A DNA stretch of 64,000 nucleotides from the human T2T-CHM13v2.0 reference genome, Homo sapiens: assembly GCF_009914755.1 (NCBI RefSeq), contig NC_060926.1; one strand, 5' to 3'. Position numbers and translations under genes: made by a program. This document shows, piece by piece, positions 1 to 17,606 of the stretch (the first letter of the stretch is position 1; the number at the start of each line of letters is the position of its first letter). Under the pieces are notes generated by a model. The model worked only from the letters and a program-made list of their open reading frames with translations, searched no databases and was not told the DNA's origin.

Positions 1-695
1 AAGGAAACATTTTTTATTCTTATGGAGTAAGGAGAGCAGAAGTCTTCCTTACTGGACTGAGCTTCATGATTCCTCACTTTTGTGGCACAATGCCTGTCAC
101 CCAGGCACTTGGAAAATGCTTGTTGAATTGAAAGCTCAGGCCTCTCCAGAATACACTTGATTGATAAGTCAAGTAAATAGACATCAGGGTTTTAATGAAT
201 GTTTTTAGTGAATGTTTACTTATGCCTAGCACAATGAGGGAATGATGGATGGATTTTAGCTTTATTTTAGTAAGTCTTTAGTTTACTCATTTTGGGCTAA
301 AGCTTTTATGATGATATCTGGATTAATGTGGTCAAATAAAGTATGAGCATTTGCAACCTGAATGATGGTTTACATGGCTAGATTTACCAAGCAGTAGACC
401 ATTCTGTGTATTATCTGAAAATGTATGAATCAGTCTTTCTTGTCCAAGTTTTTCAGAGATTTAAGAATCTTTTGGAAAATAATTCTGAAAATAATTTGAT
501 TTTGTATGTCCATGCCAAAGCCCTAGATTATGGGGACTGGTGATGTATATCTAAGGGATGTGTGTATGTTATGTAAGCATGAGAATGAATCTTTTTAAAA
601 AGTCATTTCTTAGAAATTTTGCCTATAATAGTTTACTTTTAAATCTTAATCTCTCACCCCCCAAAACTCCCATTTTCCCACAATATTTTCTCTAG

Positions 696-858
696 GAGCT
701 TGTACCTCCAGGCCCATACATCCTTCCAAAGCTCCCAACTACCCTACAGAGGGAAACCACCGAGTAGAATTCAACGTTAACTACACCCAAGACCTGGACA
801 AAGTCATGTCTGCAGTGAAAGGAATTGACGGTGTTTCTGTCACTTCTTTTTCTGCTAG
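696..858 (+). CDS. NIF3L1: NIF3L1 internal coding exon (163 nt): (G)ACTSRPIHPSKAPNYPTEGNHRVEFNVNYTQDLDKVMSAVKGIDGVSVTSFSA(R)
   Basis: Acceptor tttctctag|GA, donor AG|gtacaa; translation matches human NIF3-like protein 1 as recalled; in frame with the next exon. Confidence 0.96.
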
Positions 859-1290
859 GTACAATTTATTTTTCTCTTTTTTTTGTGTGTATTTATTGGT
901 AAGCATCTTCCTTACAAAGTCTATAACCCTGGTATTTAGGCTTGAAACAAATAGTTTTCTCTGGAGTTGATTTACAAAGTAGCATACTCCTCATTTGTTT
1001 GTGGGTCCTGGAGAACTATGGAATTTTTTCAAAACAATAAAAACGGTAAGTAACACTAAGTATTTTCTATGTCAGGGGACTATACTATGCATTTTACCTA
1101 CAGTATTTCTAATCCTGGTAATGTTCAAAGATAGTTGTTTTTACTTTAGAGAATACAGATAGATCCTAGTGATGTGGTGATAAGGCTTTTATTGGTTCCC
1201 AGCAAATCAGTGATTCCCAAGTGCTTTTTTATATTTATCTTTACATTTTAAATATATATTTTCATAAATCAGTCTTTTTATTTAACATCA

Positions 1291-1661
<371 letters not shown>

Positions 1662-1749
1662 TCAGACCTTATAATTAGAATGGAGTTTGCCTGAGAATCT
1701 GTCCAGGACATTCTCAAATTCAATGATGTTTTAAAATTATCATCTCTAA

Positions 1750-2335
<586 letters not shown>

Positions 2336-2369
2336 TGATGCACAATCGGGATTGAGAACAGTTCTTGAA

Positions 2370-2555
2370 CAGTGGTTTCAAAGTGAGGTCCTTGGACCAG
2401 CAACATCAGCATCACCTGGAACTTGTTAGAAAGGTAACCTCTCAGACCCCCACCTAGATATAATGAATCAGAAACTCCAGGGGTGGGGCCCAGCACTCTG
2501 TGTTTTAATAATCCTCCAGGTGATTCTGATGCCCAGTAGAGTTAGAGAAATGCTA
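2370..2555. mobile_element. MER5A (hAT-Charlie MITE)
   Basis: cagtggtttcaaagtg...agcatcacctggaacttgttaga...gaatcagaaactc...ccaggtgattctgatgc matches the recalled MER5A consensus. Confidence 0.8.
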
Positions 2556-2713
2556 TTCTAGAAAATGGATTAGTTTCAGATTAAATGGGTTCTGTTGGTT
2601 AAATCCTTGGTTCCACATAAATCTAATCTATTATAGTAGGTTTGTAAACTGTGGATTATCTAAAATACATTTTGGCTATATTTGTCCTAAATGGAGTGAT
2701 TTTTCCCCCCTAG

Positions 2714-2840
2714 GACTGGTAATGAGGAACAAACACGGATTAATCTGAATTGTACTCAGAAGGCTTTGATGCAGGTGGTAGATTTTCTTTCCCGGAACAA
2801 ACAACTTTATCAGAAGACGGAAATTCTGTCACTGGAGAAG
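2714..2840 (+). CDS. NIF3L1: NIF3L1 coding exon (127 nt): TGNEEQTRINLNCTQKALMQVVDFLSRNKQLYQKTEILSLEK
   Basis: Acceptor ttttcccccctag|G, donor AAG|gtaata; frame continuous. Confidence 0.96.
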
Positions 2841-4034
2841 GTAATAAGAATATTTTGTATTTGATCTTAAAATACTGTGCACACATTTTCTAACAGTATA
2901 ATTGAGGTATAATTGATATACTTAGGTATATTGAGGTATACCTTATTGAGGTATAATTGATATACTAAGAATTGTACATATTTGATGTGTACAATTTGAT
3001 GAATATCATTACTTTGCATTTTTCTTCAGCAAATTCATTTGTAAATTATTAGATCAACAGGCCATTCACTGTTATCTAAAGTACAAAATGGCAATGAGAG
3101 CATAATATTCTCTAGGAAGTAATTGAGAAAGGGAGACATTCCAGGAACAGGAAAATATTGGTACGTCTTCAGGGTTACAGATTTGGTTACAGGTTTGCTG
3201 TCTCCTTATTTTACACGCTCTGCCTGGACCATGTCATTCACTTCTTTAACTTGATAGCCATTTGTATGATGATTTCTATCTTTACTTTTTGGCTTAGAAT
3301 GCTTTCTTAAGGGAAAAAATGACAAGAACCCATATTTTCATCTACTTTCTGGATGTTTTGCACTTACAGAGCCCACAAGTATTTCAAATTCAGTATATCC
3401 AAATACTTTATCCGTTTGCCACCCCCGCTTTTTTTTTTTTCCATATTTCATATTTCAGTATCATTATCTACTTTAGTTTCCAAGTTTTCACATTCCTCCT
3501 TGACTCCAGGCCCTGCTGAGTCTGGCCTCATATCTATACAGTGTTTCTCCTCTGTATTGGCTCTGCCACCACAGTAGTTGAAACTCTCATTTTCTGCGAT
3601 GAGAGTAGTCTCACCGAGCACCTAGGAGGCAGTCCAGGCTCTTTAGCATGGTGTTGGAAGCCCTTAATGATCTGCTACAGCCTGGGCCTCCAGCCTCCTC
3701 TCCTTCCACAGCATGTACTCTGCACAGTAGCCATACTGTCTTCTTTTGGATCTGCCCCCATAGTGTGTTCTCTCAAGTTTTTGGCACCTTTGTCCATGTC
3801 CTCTGTGTTTAGAATGCCTTTCTCCATCTCATCGTACCTCTGTCCTGCCACACTGCACTTGACATCACCCCTTTTTAAACTCTTTATTTCCCCCTTTTTA
3901 ACTCTTTTAGGGTTTTCTCTAAGACCTAAGTCCTTCCTCCAAGTACTCCCCAAGCCTCCTAAGTCACAGCTCATTTAGTTTGTCATTCTTTGTGCTGCTG
4001 CAACTGTAGCACCTACCTTGTATTTAAACAGTTT

Positions 4035-4340
<306 letters not shown>

Positions 4341-4525
4341 TGATTTAAACATCTGCCTTCCTAGAAAACTGTGAACTCCTAGAAGAATGATTTTGTCAGG
4401 TTTGTATCCCCACATTTAGCCTGGAGCTTGCTATAGTAATCTCACAGTGTGCATGTTGATGATTTTAGCATTTGTTGTTTTAGGACTAACAATGCACACC
4501 GTTTCTAACTTCTGTTTCTCCTCAG

Positions 4526-4664
4526 CCTTTGCTTCTACATACTGGAATGGGACGGTTATGCACACTGGATGAATCTGTCTCCCTGGCAACCATGATTGAT
4601 CGAATAAAAAGACACCTAAAACTATCTCATATTCGCTTAGCCCTTGGGGTGGGGAGAACCTTAG
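4526..4664 (+). CDS. NIF3L1: NIF3L1 coding exon (139 nt): PLLLHTGMGRLCTLDESVSLATMIDRIKRHLKLSHIRLALGVGRTL
   Basis: Acceptor tttctcctcag|CCT, donor TAG|gtaaat; GMGR motif of the NIF3 family; overlaps ORF 4529..4741. Confidence 0.96.
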
Positions 4665-5628
4665 GTAAATATAGCTCCTTCATCTATCCAGTATGCCTAC
4701 TGTTAACATTGGACAAAGATCGAAACTCTTGGTTGTATTAATATGTGATAGAGAATGTGTTAGCAGCTCATAGGAGATAATTGGTTTACGTTATTGATTA
4801 GGGTGGGCCAGGTTCTGATGTGGAATACATCTCATTGACTTAATCAATGAGATTTATTTCTCTGTCATGCTATGTGTTCATTTCAAGTTGGTCATTGTAG
4901 GAAGTCTGACCATTGTAGACTGGTTGCTGTTGCAGAGGGAGGGAGTTTTGCAGGGTCTTAAACCATCAGTTTAAAATTCCAGGAAACATGTTAATTTCTG
5001 CTCAACTCATTTTCCAGAATTAGTCATGTTGCCCAATACAAGCAAGGGAGGCATAAAGTGCAGTCTTACCATGTGTCAGGAAGAGAGCTGGAATCATGAT
5101 TGCTACAATTACAACATAAACTTTGCACTTATAAGACTGGTAATATTTTCTAGTGAGGTGCTACTGAGTGATCTGATCCATTGTAGTTTCTAAGTCTTGT
5201 AGTTTTTTCTTCTGGCCTTTCCTGGTACTTTTGAGAACAAAAAGAGTGAACAGACATTTGTTCAACACCTTCAGTGAGCCTAGCACTGTACTGATTGTCT
5301 GTCCTAAGTACGTGAGCTCCTGCTGGCAAAAGCAGTGGGGTACAGCGGTTATAGGTGTGGATTCTGAGCTTAGACAACCTGGCTTCAGATTTGTCTGTCC
5401 TGTTTGCTGCATGTCTTTGACAAGTTTATGCCCTCTGTGTCACAGTAGCCTCATCTGTAAAAACTGCATTAATAAAACCTAACTCAGAAGGTGGTAGTAT
5501 AATCCATGTGACATGGCACAGTGATTGGCTCACATTAAGTATAAAGTGCTAGCTGTTGTTAGTTTTGTGGTTGGTACTATTTCTCCCATTTTATAGGTGA
5601 ACAATTGTGGTTCAGAGAGATAAGTAAC

Positions 5629-5990
5629 TTTATTAGTTCGTTCTCACGCTGCTATGAAGAAATACCTGAGACTAGGTAATTTATAAAGAAAAGAGGTTTA
5701 ATTGACTCACAGTTCTGCATGGCTGGGGAGGCCACAGGAAACTTACAATCATGTTGGAAGGCACCTCTTCTCAGGGTGGCAGGAGAGAGAATGAGTGCAA
5801 GCAAGAGAAATGCCAGATGCTTATGAAACCATCAGATCTCGTGAGACTCACGCATTATCACAAGAACAGCATGGGGGAACTGCCCCCATGATCCAATTAC
5901 CTCCACCTGGTCCCGCCCTTGACCCGTGGGAATTATGGGGATTATATTCAAGGTGAGATTTGGATGGGGACACAGAGCCAAACCATATCA
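5629..5990 (-). mobile_element. THE1 (THE1D-like) MaLR solo LTR inserted in a MIR
   Basis: tattagttcgttctcacgctgctatgaagaaatacctgagact...gagccaaaccatatca; 5-bp TSD gtaac at 5624-5628 and 5991-5995; MIR halves on both sides. Confidence 0.9.
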
Positions 5991-6469
5991 GTAACTTATC
6001 TAAAAGTCCAGTTAGATCAAACAACCCAAGGGAGTTAGTGTCCAAAGAAAATGGATAGCAGAGGTGGGATTTGACTTCCAAAATAACTCCAAAGCCCCCT
6101 CTTTGAGATACCCTGCTGCTGAACTGGAGTGTCCACTAAAGTGTTCATTTTAGAAACCCAAGTGCTAAATACTTGGATTTTGGCTCGAAAGTTGCTGTTA
6201 TTTCACTTTCCAGAGGATGCTTTTTGAGAATAAATAGTATATTTAAAAATAGTGCCAAATCCATTTGTAGCATTCCTCTTTTTATAGTCCTTTTAGTTCC
6301 TTAGCTTCCTCACCTGAGAATAGAGATAGTACTTGCTTACCTCTCACTGTTGTCTGAAGACCCAGGTGAGATTATTTTACCTAGCACTGTTGCAATACAG
6401 CCTAGAGCTGCACCATTAGTACTATTCAGTGGTTTGTGAGTTTGTGCAGCCATGTCCAAAGGAATAACG

Positions 6470-6570
6470 GTGCCCCCTTCAGCAGCACATATACTAAAAA
6501 TTGGATGATATAGATTAGCATGGCCCCTATGCAAAGATTACACGCAAATTTGTGCATTGTTCCGTATTTT
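6470..6570 (+). pseudogene. U6 snRNA retropseudogene in a NIF3L1 intron, with a 22-nt 3' extension, A-tail (6593-6608) and target-site duplication
   Basis: gtgcccccttcagcagcacatatactaaaaattgg...gattagcatggcccct...acacgcaaatttgtg...gttccgtatttt aligns to full-length U6; ACAGAGA box lost; caaaggaataa at 6457-6467 and 6609-6619. Confidence 0.93.
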
Positions 6571-6834
6571 GCGCAATTTACAAAGGTTGTTGAAAAAAAA
6601 AAACACAACAAAGGAATAATAACCATGCCTTGGGTTAGCTATGCAATATCAAAGAATGACCTGTTTGCTTATATTAAAACATGTTTTTTTTAAAATGCAG
6701 TAAGAACAATTCATATACTGGTGATGAGACCAGGAGTGAAATCTGTATTATGTTTAGGATTCTTGGTACAAATTATAATAGTAAAATGAAAGGGAATTGT
6801 AAAGTATTGGTCTCTTGTTTCCTCTGTTTTGAAG

Positions 6835-6918
6835 AGTCTCAAGTCAAAGTCGTGGCCCTGTGTGCTGGTTCTGGGAGCAGCGTTCTGCAGGGTGTTGAGG
6901 CTGACCTTTACCTCACAG
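6835..6918 (+). CDS. NIF3L1: NIF3L1 coding exon (84 nt): (E)SQVKVVALCAGSGSSVLQGVEADLYLT(G)
   Basis: Acceptor ctgttttgaag|AG, donor CAG|gtagga; VALCAGSG and DLYLTGE are conserved NIF3/DUF34 motifs. Confidence 0.96.
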
Positions 6919-8224
6919 GTAGGACAGACTTTGGATCTCTCTTGGTTTATTTTTTGCAAAATCAAAAATGGCAAATTTTAGGACAGTACCTGGCACATAG
7001 ATGATACCTAATTAATGTTTTCTGAACCTGAACTAAACAGAAACTACAACAGAACTGGGGACTTACTGCATTCTTTGTGGAGGGATGAAATCATTGAACA
7101 GTTTATTACATTATCTCAAAAGTTAATGGTCAGCATTTATTTTACCTACATTCTTCCTAAACTGTCCCAAACCTCTCAGATTTCACATCAGTGGGATACT
7201 TTCTACCCTGTCACCTTAGCTAGGAAATGGTTCCTTTTACTCAGCCTAAAGCCAATCATCAATTCCTATCAATTCAAGCTCCCAAATCTTTCTAGAATCT
7301 TCCCCCTTATCTCTATCCAGGCACCATCTCCTACTTGAAGTACAGCATCAACCCTCTAATGGTATCTTCCATATACTCTCCTGAAATTAACTTTTCAAAG
7401 TGCAAATTTGATGGTCTTGATTAAAAAGACTTCAGTGATTTCCTTCATCTGTCTGGTGGAGCCTGAACATTGCATCCCCTTTCCTGTACCCTTTGCTTAT
7501 GCTGTTTTCTCTGGCTAGAATGCCTTTTCCTTGTACTCCTAGTGATAAGTGAACACCCCCTCTGAGAAGCCTTCTCTGACACTGTCCTGCTCCTGCCTCT
7601 TGTGGGTCCCTATCACTTTGTCCTTGACCTCCAATGTGCACTTCTGTTGGATAGTAATTGTCTGGCTGCTGGGCCTTATACTTTCTCATTTAGGATACTA
7701 CCTAATAGGTCCTGGCTAATTTTTATTGAAAGAATTACTTTATGTAGTTACTACTCAGGAATATGGCCAAACATGGCCCCTTACACCTCCAAAGGATTTG
7801 GAGGCATTTTAAGGGGTTGCCACTTTGTTTACCTCCTCCTTCTTAGGGTTAGGAGAGAATGAGTTAAAGAATTACTTTTCCCACTTTGAGGACCAGGCTC
7901 TAGGCTCTTAGCCCTCTGGCCATTCCTTTGGCTACTTCCATGCTTCCCTTGCCTCCCACACCCACACTTTGTTATATAGCACACTCTCTTACAAAGGCTG
8001 CTGCACTCAAAGCATTGTCACATCCTGAAGTACCGAGGAGCAGCATCTGAGCAAGCCTGATGGAATTGCTCTAAACCAATAAATTGATTTAAAAAAACAA
8101 AACATGTATGTGACTATTACTTATTTTATATTTTCTGAAGATAAAAGATTTTTGTAAGCCCTTAAATTTCTACCAGATTAAAGTGAAATTTCAATATGAA
8201 TATCTTACAGTATTGTGTCTGGCT

Positions 8225-8830
8225 ATTTTAAAATTCATTTTAGCATTTTACTTAGGAATTTCAGACCTATGCAAAAGTTGCAAGAATAGTATACTGAACT
8301 CCTATATGCTCTTCACCTTGGTTACTATGGTTATATTCTGCCATATTTGTACATTCCCTATGTGCATATTATATATGTGTCTATACACATTTGTGTTTGC
8401 ATGTATAGATACATAATATATACAAGTTAAAATATGTTCTATATATATATTGATGTATTTCCCCTAGGACCATTTTGTAATCAATTGCAGACATGACAAT
8501 TTCTTTACCTCTCAATACTTCAGTGTATAGTCTAAGAACAAAGACATTCTAAGTCCATGGAACAATTATCAAACATGGGAATTTAATATTGTTAAAACAC
8601 TTACTTGATATACAGTCCATATTCACATTTTCCCAATTGATAAAAGCTTATAGCATTTCTTTTTCTGATCCATATCCAGCCAATGATCTCACATTGCATT
8701 TAGTTGTTGTTAGTCTCCTTCAGTCTGGAATAGTTTCTCAGCTTTGTCTCCATAGCATTGACATTTTTAAAGAGTATAGGCTCTTTGTTTTGTGCTTCTC
8801 TCTCAATTTGGGGTATCTGTTTCCTTATAC
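8225..8830 (-). mobile_element. Old L1M 3' end fragment
   Basis: ctaagaacaaagacatt..., cacattgcatttagttgtt..., ttgacatttttaaagagta motifs typical of L1MC/MD 3' UTR. Confidence 0.6.
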
Positions 8831-9704
8831 TTTTTTAAAAACTAGTTTTTTAAAACAATGATAAAGTATAATGATACGTGCATAAGATAAATTCAAGCAG
8901 TTCCAAAATGTTAAAATGTCCTTCCTATCTGGCTGTGGGGAGAAATAGAAAATATATTATCCGGCTAGCATTAGCTGTCTCTGGTCTGTGAGGCATCACT
9001 TTTGAGTATAACTTCAGAGATGTGAAGCCCCACCTAAAGGACCTCTGCTGAACTTCATCACGCTTCCTGTGAGCCTGAGGCCGTGTTCTCATTGTATTAG
9101 GTTGTTAAGGGTAATACCCCGTAAGACCAGCAGATGGGGAGCCTGCTCCTTGTAAATTAAGTTCTCCCATTTGTCTTTTCATTCTCCATTTGCTTATTCT
9201 TTCCCAAGCTGCCATCCTGGGCCAAGCTTTTCTTTCCATTGGCTTCAGCTATTATTGCAGGGTCTTCACTGATTTCCCCCCTTTCATGCCTTCTCCAGCC
9301 AATGAATTTGTCACAGTACAGGCAGCCAGACTTACCTTTCCTAAAACAAGGCTTCCAACTGGGCCATCTTAGTGTCTTTTTCTTGCTTTTTACTTCTACT
9401 ATTATAGATTAAGATGTTTTAAAAGGTGCTTGAATAAAAACTGTTCCTTATAATGAGATGACACTTATTAGGAGGAGATTGTGGGGAACTAAAAAATTCT
9501 GGAATTAAGAAAACTCATTTTTTTACTTATAGGTGTTTTCTTATGGGAAAATTAAAAGAGAACTCATTTTTTTCCAAGAACCCTTTTTTCTTAAATTTAT
9601 ATGCCCTTCTGTCTCTAAATACAGTTCAAAATTGTACTTTTTAAAGAACAAACCTAATTGTACACAGTACAGTTTTGCTCTTAAATTAGAAGTCATCAAA
9701 TTCA

Positions 9705-10750
<1,046 letters not shown>

Positions 10751-10943
10751 ACTTTTCTCTCTTTTTAAGTTGGAGGACATAAAAGAAAACTGTACACTAC
10801 TTTCTAGATTTATATGTAAAACAGTTCTGCTCTATTACATTCACTTCATATAGACTACAAACTTGGTATTTCTGCTTTTGTGTTTCCTCATTCCACAGAT
10901 TCCATATTTAGCATTTAAGAATTTGCTCTTCCCTTTTTGGTAG

Positions 10944-11128
10944 GTGAGATGTCCCATCATGATACTTTGGATGCTGCTTCCCAAGGAATAAATGTCATCC
11001 TCTGTGAACACAGCAACACTGAACGAGGCTTTCTTTCTGACCTTCGAGATATGCTGGATTCTCACTTGGAGAATAAGATAAATATTATCCTATCAGAGAC
11101 TGACAGGGACCCTCTTCAGGTGGTATAA
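10944..11128 (+). CDS. NIF3L1: NIF3L1 last coding exon: (G)EMSHHDTLDAASQGINVILCEHSNTERGFLSDLRDMLDSHLENKINIILSETDRDPLQVV*
   Basis: Acceptor ccctttttggtag|GT; TAA at 11126-11128; H-x-x-T-E metal-binding motif (HSNTE) of the DUF34/NIF3 family. Confidence 0.97.
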
Positions 11129-11355
11129 TTGCAGAAACATCAGGATAACACATTCTACAAATCAGCTGGATGCCAACTTAAATTTGTAACATGAGTCAGT
11201 GGGACTGGTGTGCTTCCAGAGAGTGTCTTCGAGGGTATCATCATTTCCGGTTTGTTAATCTTATTCACCAAATGTTCTATCGCTCGTAAGGTAAAACTGT
11301 AATATAACTACCATATTAAATAACAAATGTTCATTATAAACTCTAGGAAAGATTG

Positions 11356-11361
11356 AATAAA
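11356..11361 (+). terminator. NIF3L1: NIF3L1 polyadenylation signal AATAAA (variant ATTAAA at 11315-11320); 3' UTR about 11129-11380
   Basis: First canonical hexamer after the stop codon, with T/GT-rich sequence downstream. Confidence 0.8.
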
Positions 11362-12114
11362 ATCTGTTTACTTAACATTCTTTGGAAGGAGCTCAAGTGA
11401 TTCTGTCCTTAGTTTAATTGTAGATGGGATGGATCCATTTGGGTATCTCTGCCCTTGGTTAGTTAACATTATGCTTGAAAAACTTGGGCTTGAACACTTC
11501 TAGGTAGTAGCCTTTTTGCAGTGATAAGAAGTTCTGTTTGTCCTTGTTCCTAGTTCTGCCTACATTCCAGTCTCTCACCTAAATTTCAGAATCAGAATGA
11601 GATTTATCAGGATGTTGTTTTGAAAATATGTATACACAATCATTATTCATATTACTGTTACTTTATTGCTTTTTAGATGACTTACCTGTAATTTTTTTTT
11701 CTTCCACAGTCCTTTGTTCCCGATTTCTGCTCTGTCACTTCCCTCTCCTGGCAATGAACTTGGCTGCCGCAGGCAGGGGGCAGGGCCAGGGAATGAAATT
11801 CCAGAGCAGAAAGAACAAAGTCAGATATCTCAAAATATCATCCTGCCCCATTTAATCTGGGCCTTTTATCCATGTGGATGCCCCTTTCTAAACAGCACCT
11901 GCGCTGGGCTGCGAGGCCCCTGCCTGCCTGCTGCTGGTTGGGCAGGGCAGATACACCTTTCTCCACCTGAGGACTGCGTTCTCAGGTAATCTGGCTAAAG
12001 CAATATTCCCTCCATTTTAGGCATTCTTAGATTGCTTTTATGATTTGTGCTATTTTACCATACCACATGTAATTTTTACTTCATGCTTTTGTGTAAAGCA
12101 ACTTTTTCTCTTTT

Positions 12115-12425
12115 TGTTTATTTTTTATTGTGGTAAAATTCACATAACATAAAATTCGCCATTTTATTTTCCTGCCCCCCCCTTCCAAAATTCACCATTT
12201 TAAAGTATACAATTCCGTAGCTTTTAGTACATTTACAGTGTTGTGGTACTGTTACCACTACAGTTCCAAAGCATTTTTCATCACCACAGAGGGAAGCCCC
12301 CATTAAGTAATAATTCCCTCCTCCCATCCCCTGGATCCTATTTCTATGGATTTGTCTATTTTGGATATTTTCTATAAGTGGAATCATAAACATGTGGTCC
12401 TTTGTGTCCGGCATCTTTCACTTAT
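12115..12425 (-). mobile_element. L1MB-type 3' end
   Basis: ttattgtggtaaaattcacataacataaaatt...ttggatattttctataagtggaatcata. Confidence 0.75.
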
Positions 12426-12497
12426 GTTTTCTCCATTACTGCCGCCTTTTGTGTTTGATTTTTTTTCTAGTATTTTGACTCCCTTATTTCCTTTTAA

Positions 12498-12944
<447 letters not shown>

Positions 12945-13456
12945 TGAAATGTCATTTTTAAGCTTAGTGTCTAATGACATGTTTTGTGTTGTTTTGCTGA
13001 TTTAATAAATAAGGCCAGATACTGACATGAAACAGTGGTTTAGTAATCCCTTATCTACTCCAGAAAGCTGAAGGCTGAGGAAGGACATGCACATTCCCTC
13101 ACAGGTGTCACATGAAAAATCTTCCCTATCCTGTAGGACTTAAAAGGTCGCCTTGGATGCCCACATGGACAATACATTCCAGGTGGAAGGTTGCAGATTG
13201 TAGGGAATAGTGTCACCACCTTTGTTGTGCATCCATGACACCTTATATAATCTCTTGTGCACATGTATTAGAGGGTGCTCCATACCAATCTAGATCAGGA
13301 TCCAAATCAGACACTAGTGCAGGAAAGAAGTGAAGCTGGCCAGGAGGTGGCAGCAACAGTTCAGCCCAAGGCAAGTGCTGCTGGGCAGAATGAAGGTCCA
13401 GCGTGGCCAAGTCTTCCTGATCTTTCAGGGGCAAAGGAAATCTGGATTTTTAATAT

Positions 13457-13660
13457 GTGGGGTGTTAAAATATACATATATTATCATATATAAAACATAC
13501 ATATATACATGTTTCTGCACAGTTCCTGGCTTATAACTCCTCTAGCCCTTGTTACAGTCTTTTAGGTGTGTTAAGCCTCAGGGGCAGGCCTCAGGAAACA
13601 ATCTCTCAGAGTTCTCCTGCCCTCCTTTCACCAGTCCCAAAGCAAAATCCTAATCTCCCT
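13457..13660. mobile_element. LTR fragment (MER21/MER77-like)
   Basis: gttcctggcttataactcctctagcccttgttacagtctt...ggcctcaggaaac resembles recalled LTR consensus; subfamily uncertain. Confidence 0.5.
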
Positions 13661-13664
13661 CCTT

Positions 13665-15969
<2,305 letters not shown>

Positions 15970-16452
15970 TCCACTGATCTTTTATATGAGTGAAGTGATC
16001 ATGTATTAAAATAACAAACAATGCTAAGAAAGTCCAGTTTCTGGACTACTGTGAGAACTAATTTAGCAGTCCTTGCACAATAAATTCAGCACTGTGGCAA
16101 ATTTATAAACAATAAATGTTTGACATCTCCTGTGCCTTTTTTTTTTTTTTTTTTTGCAATTTTATTAAGAGTACCCAGAAAACCTTTCAAGGTTTCAGTA
16201 GATCTGTTCAATCTTGCCAGAAGCAAGTTAACACAGTAGAAGAAATTAGAGCCTTATCAGTCAAGACATAATTGCTAGAGCCTCAGGGACACCGATGCGG
16301 ACACAAGTCAACAAACAGCATACAATAATGTGCCAAGATCTTCACCAGATCTGTAAGATGCACTCATAAAACTTCTTTTGAAGAACTTAAAAATATTTTT
16401 AGTAAAAAACCAGCACTACCAATTTATAAAGTGATTCTATCCAAATTGGCTT

Positions 16453-16462
16453 TTTATTTATT
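16453..16462 (-). terminator. ORC2: Candidate distal ORC2 poly(A) signal (overlapping AATAAATAAA), giving a 3' UTR of about 2.3 kb
   Basis: tttatttatt on the + strand; U-rich tract about 16380-16410 downstream on the minus strand. Confidence 0.65.
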
Positions 16463-16876
16463 AATAATAAAGTCTACTGACACATACTGCTTGCAAATAG
16501 TATAGACACAAAAATTATAAAAATAAACCAGTAGATATTTAGGGCAGATGCAAAAATTTGCACATTAGGTCATTATAAACTAGATATATTAAGCAAAAAA
16601 AGCAAGGTGCAAACCAGCAAGTATGATATATTACCAATTGTGTTTTTAAAAGGAGAAAGACAGATACTTTTACATATGCATAGACGATATCTGGAAGAAT
16701 ACTTAAGAAAATGCTATCAGTGGTTGCCTAAAGAACTGGGTGGATCAGGGAGTGGGCAGGAAACTCACTTTCACTGAATATCCTTTGGTACTATTAAAAA
16801 AATTTTTTTAAATCACATTTATGTACAAATTTGTTTAAACATTTTGACTAGAGGTTATATTTAAGACTAAGCCCTT

Positions 16877-17606
<730 letters not shown>

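Noticed and set aside
2901-2966. Repeat-spacer-repeat pattern resembling a CRISPR unit
   Set aside because: Only two repeats, the spacer derives from the repeat itself, and the context is a mammalian intron with no cas genes
3541-3978. 145-aa ORF and its 99-aa antisense partner
   Set aside because: Lies in pyrimidine-rich L2 remnant; low complexity and no recognisable domain
6470-6570. Functional U6 snRNA gene
   Set aside because: No ACAGAGA box, many substitutions, A-tail and TSD, and no recognisable upstream PSE/TATA
13275-13493. 72-aa ORF (MLHTNLDQDPNQ...) with protein-like composition in the intergenic gap
   Set aside because: GTG start, runs into hAT-like and LTR relics, no homology recognised and no poly(A)/TSD for a retrocopy
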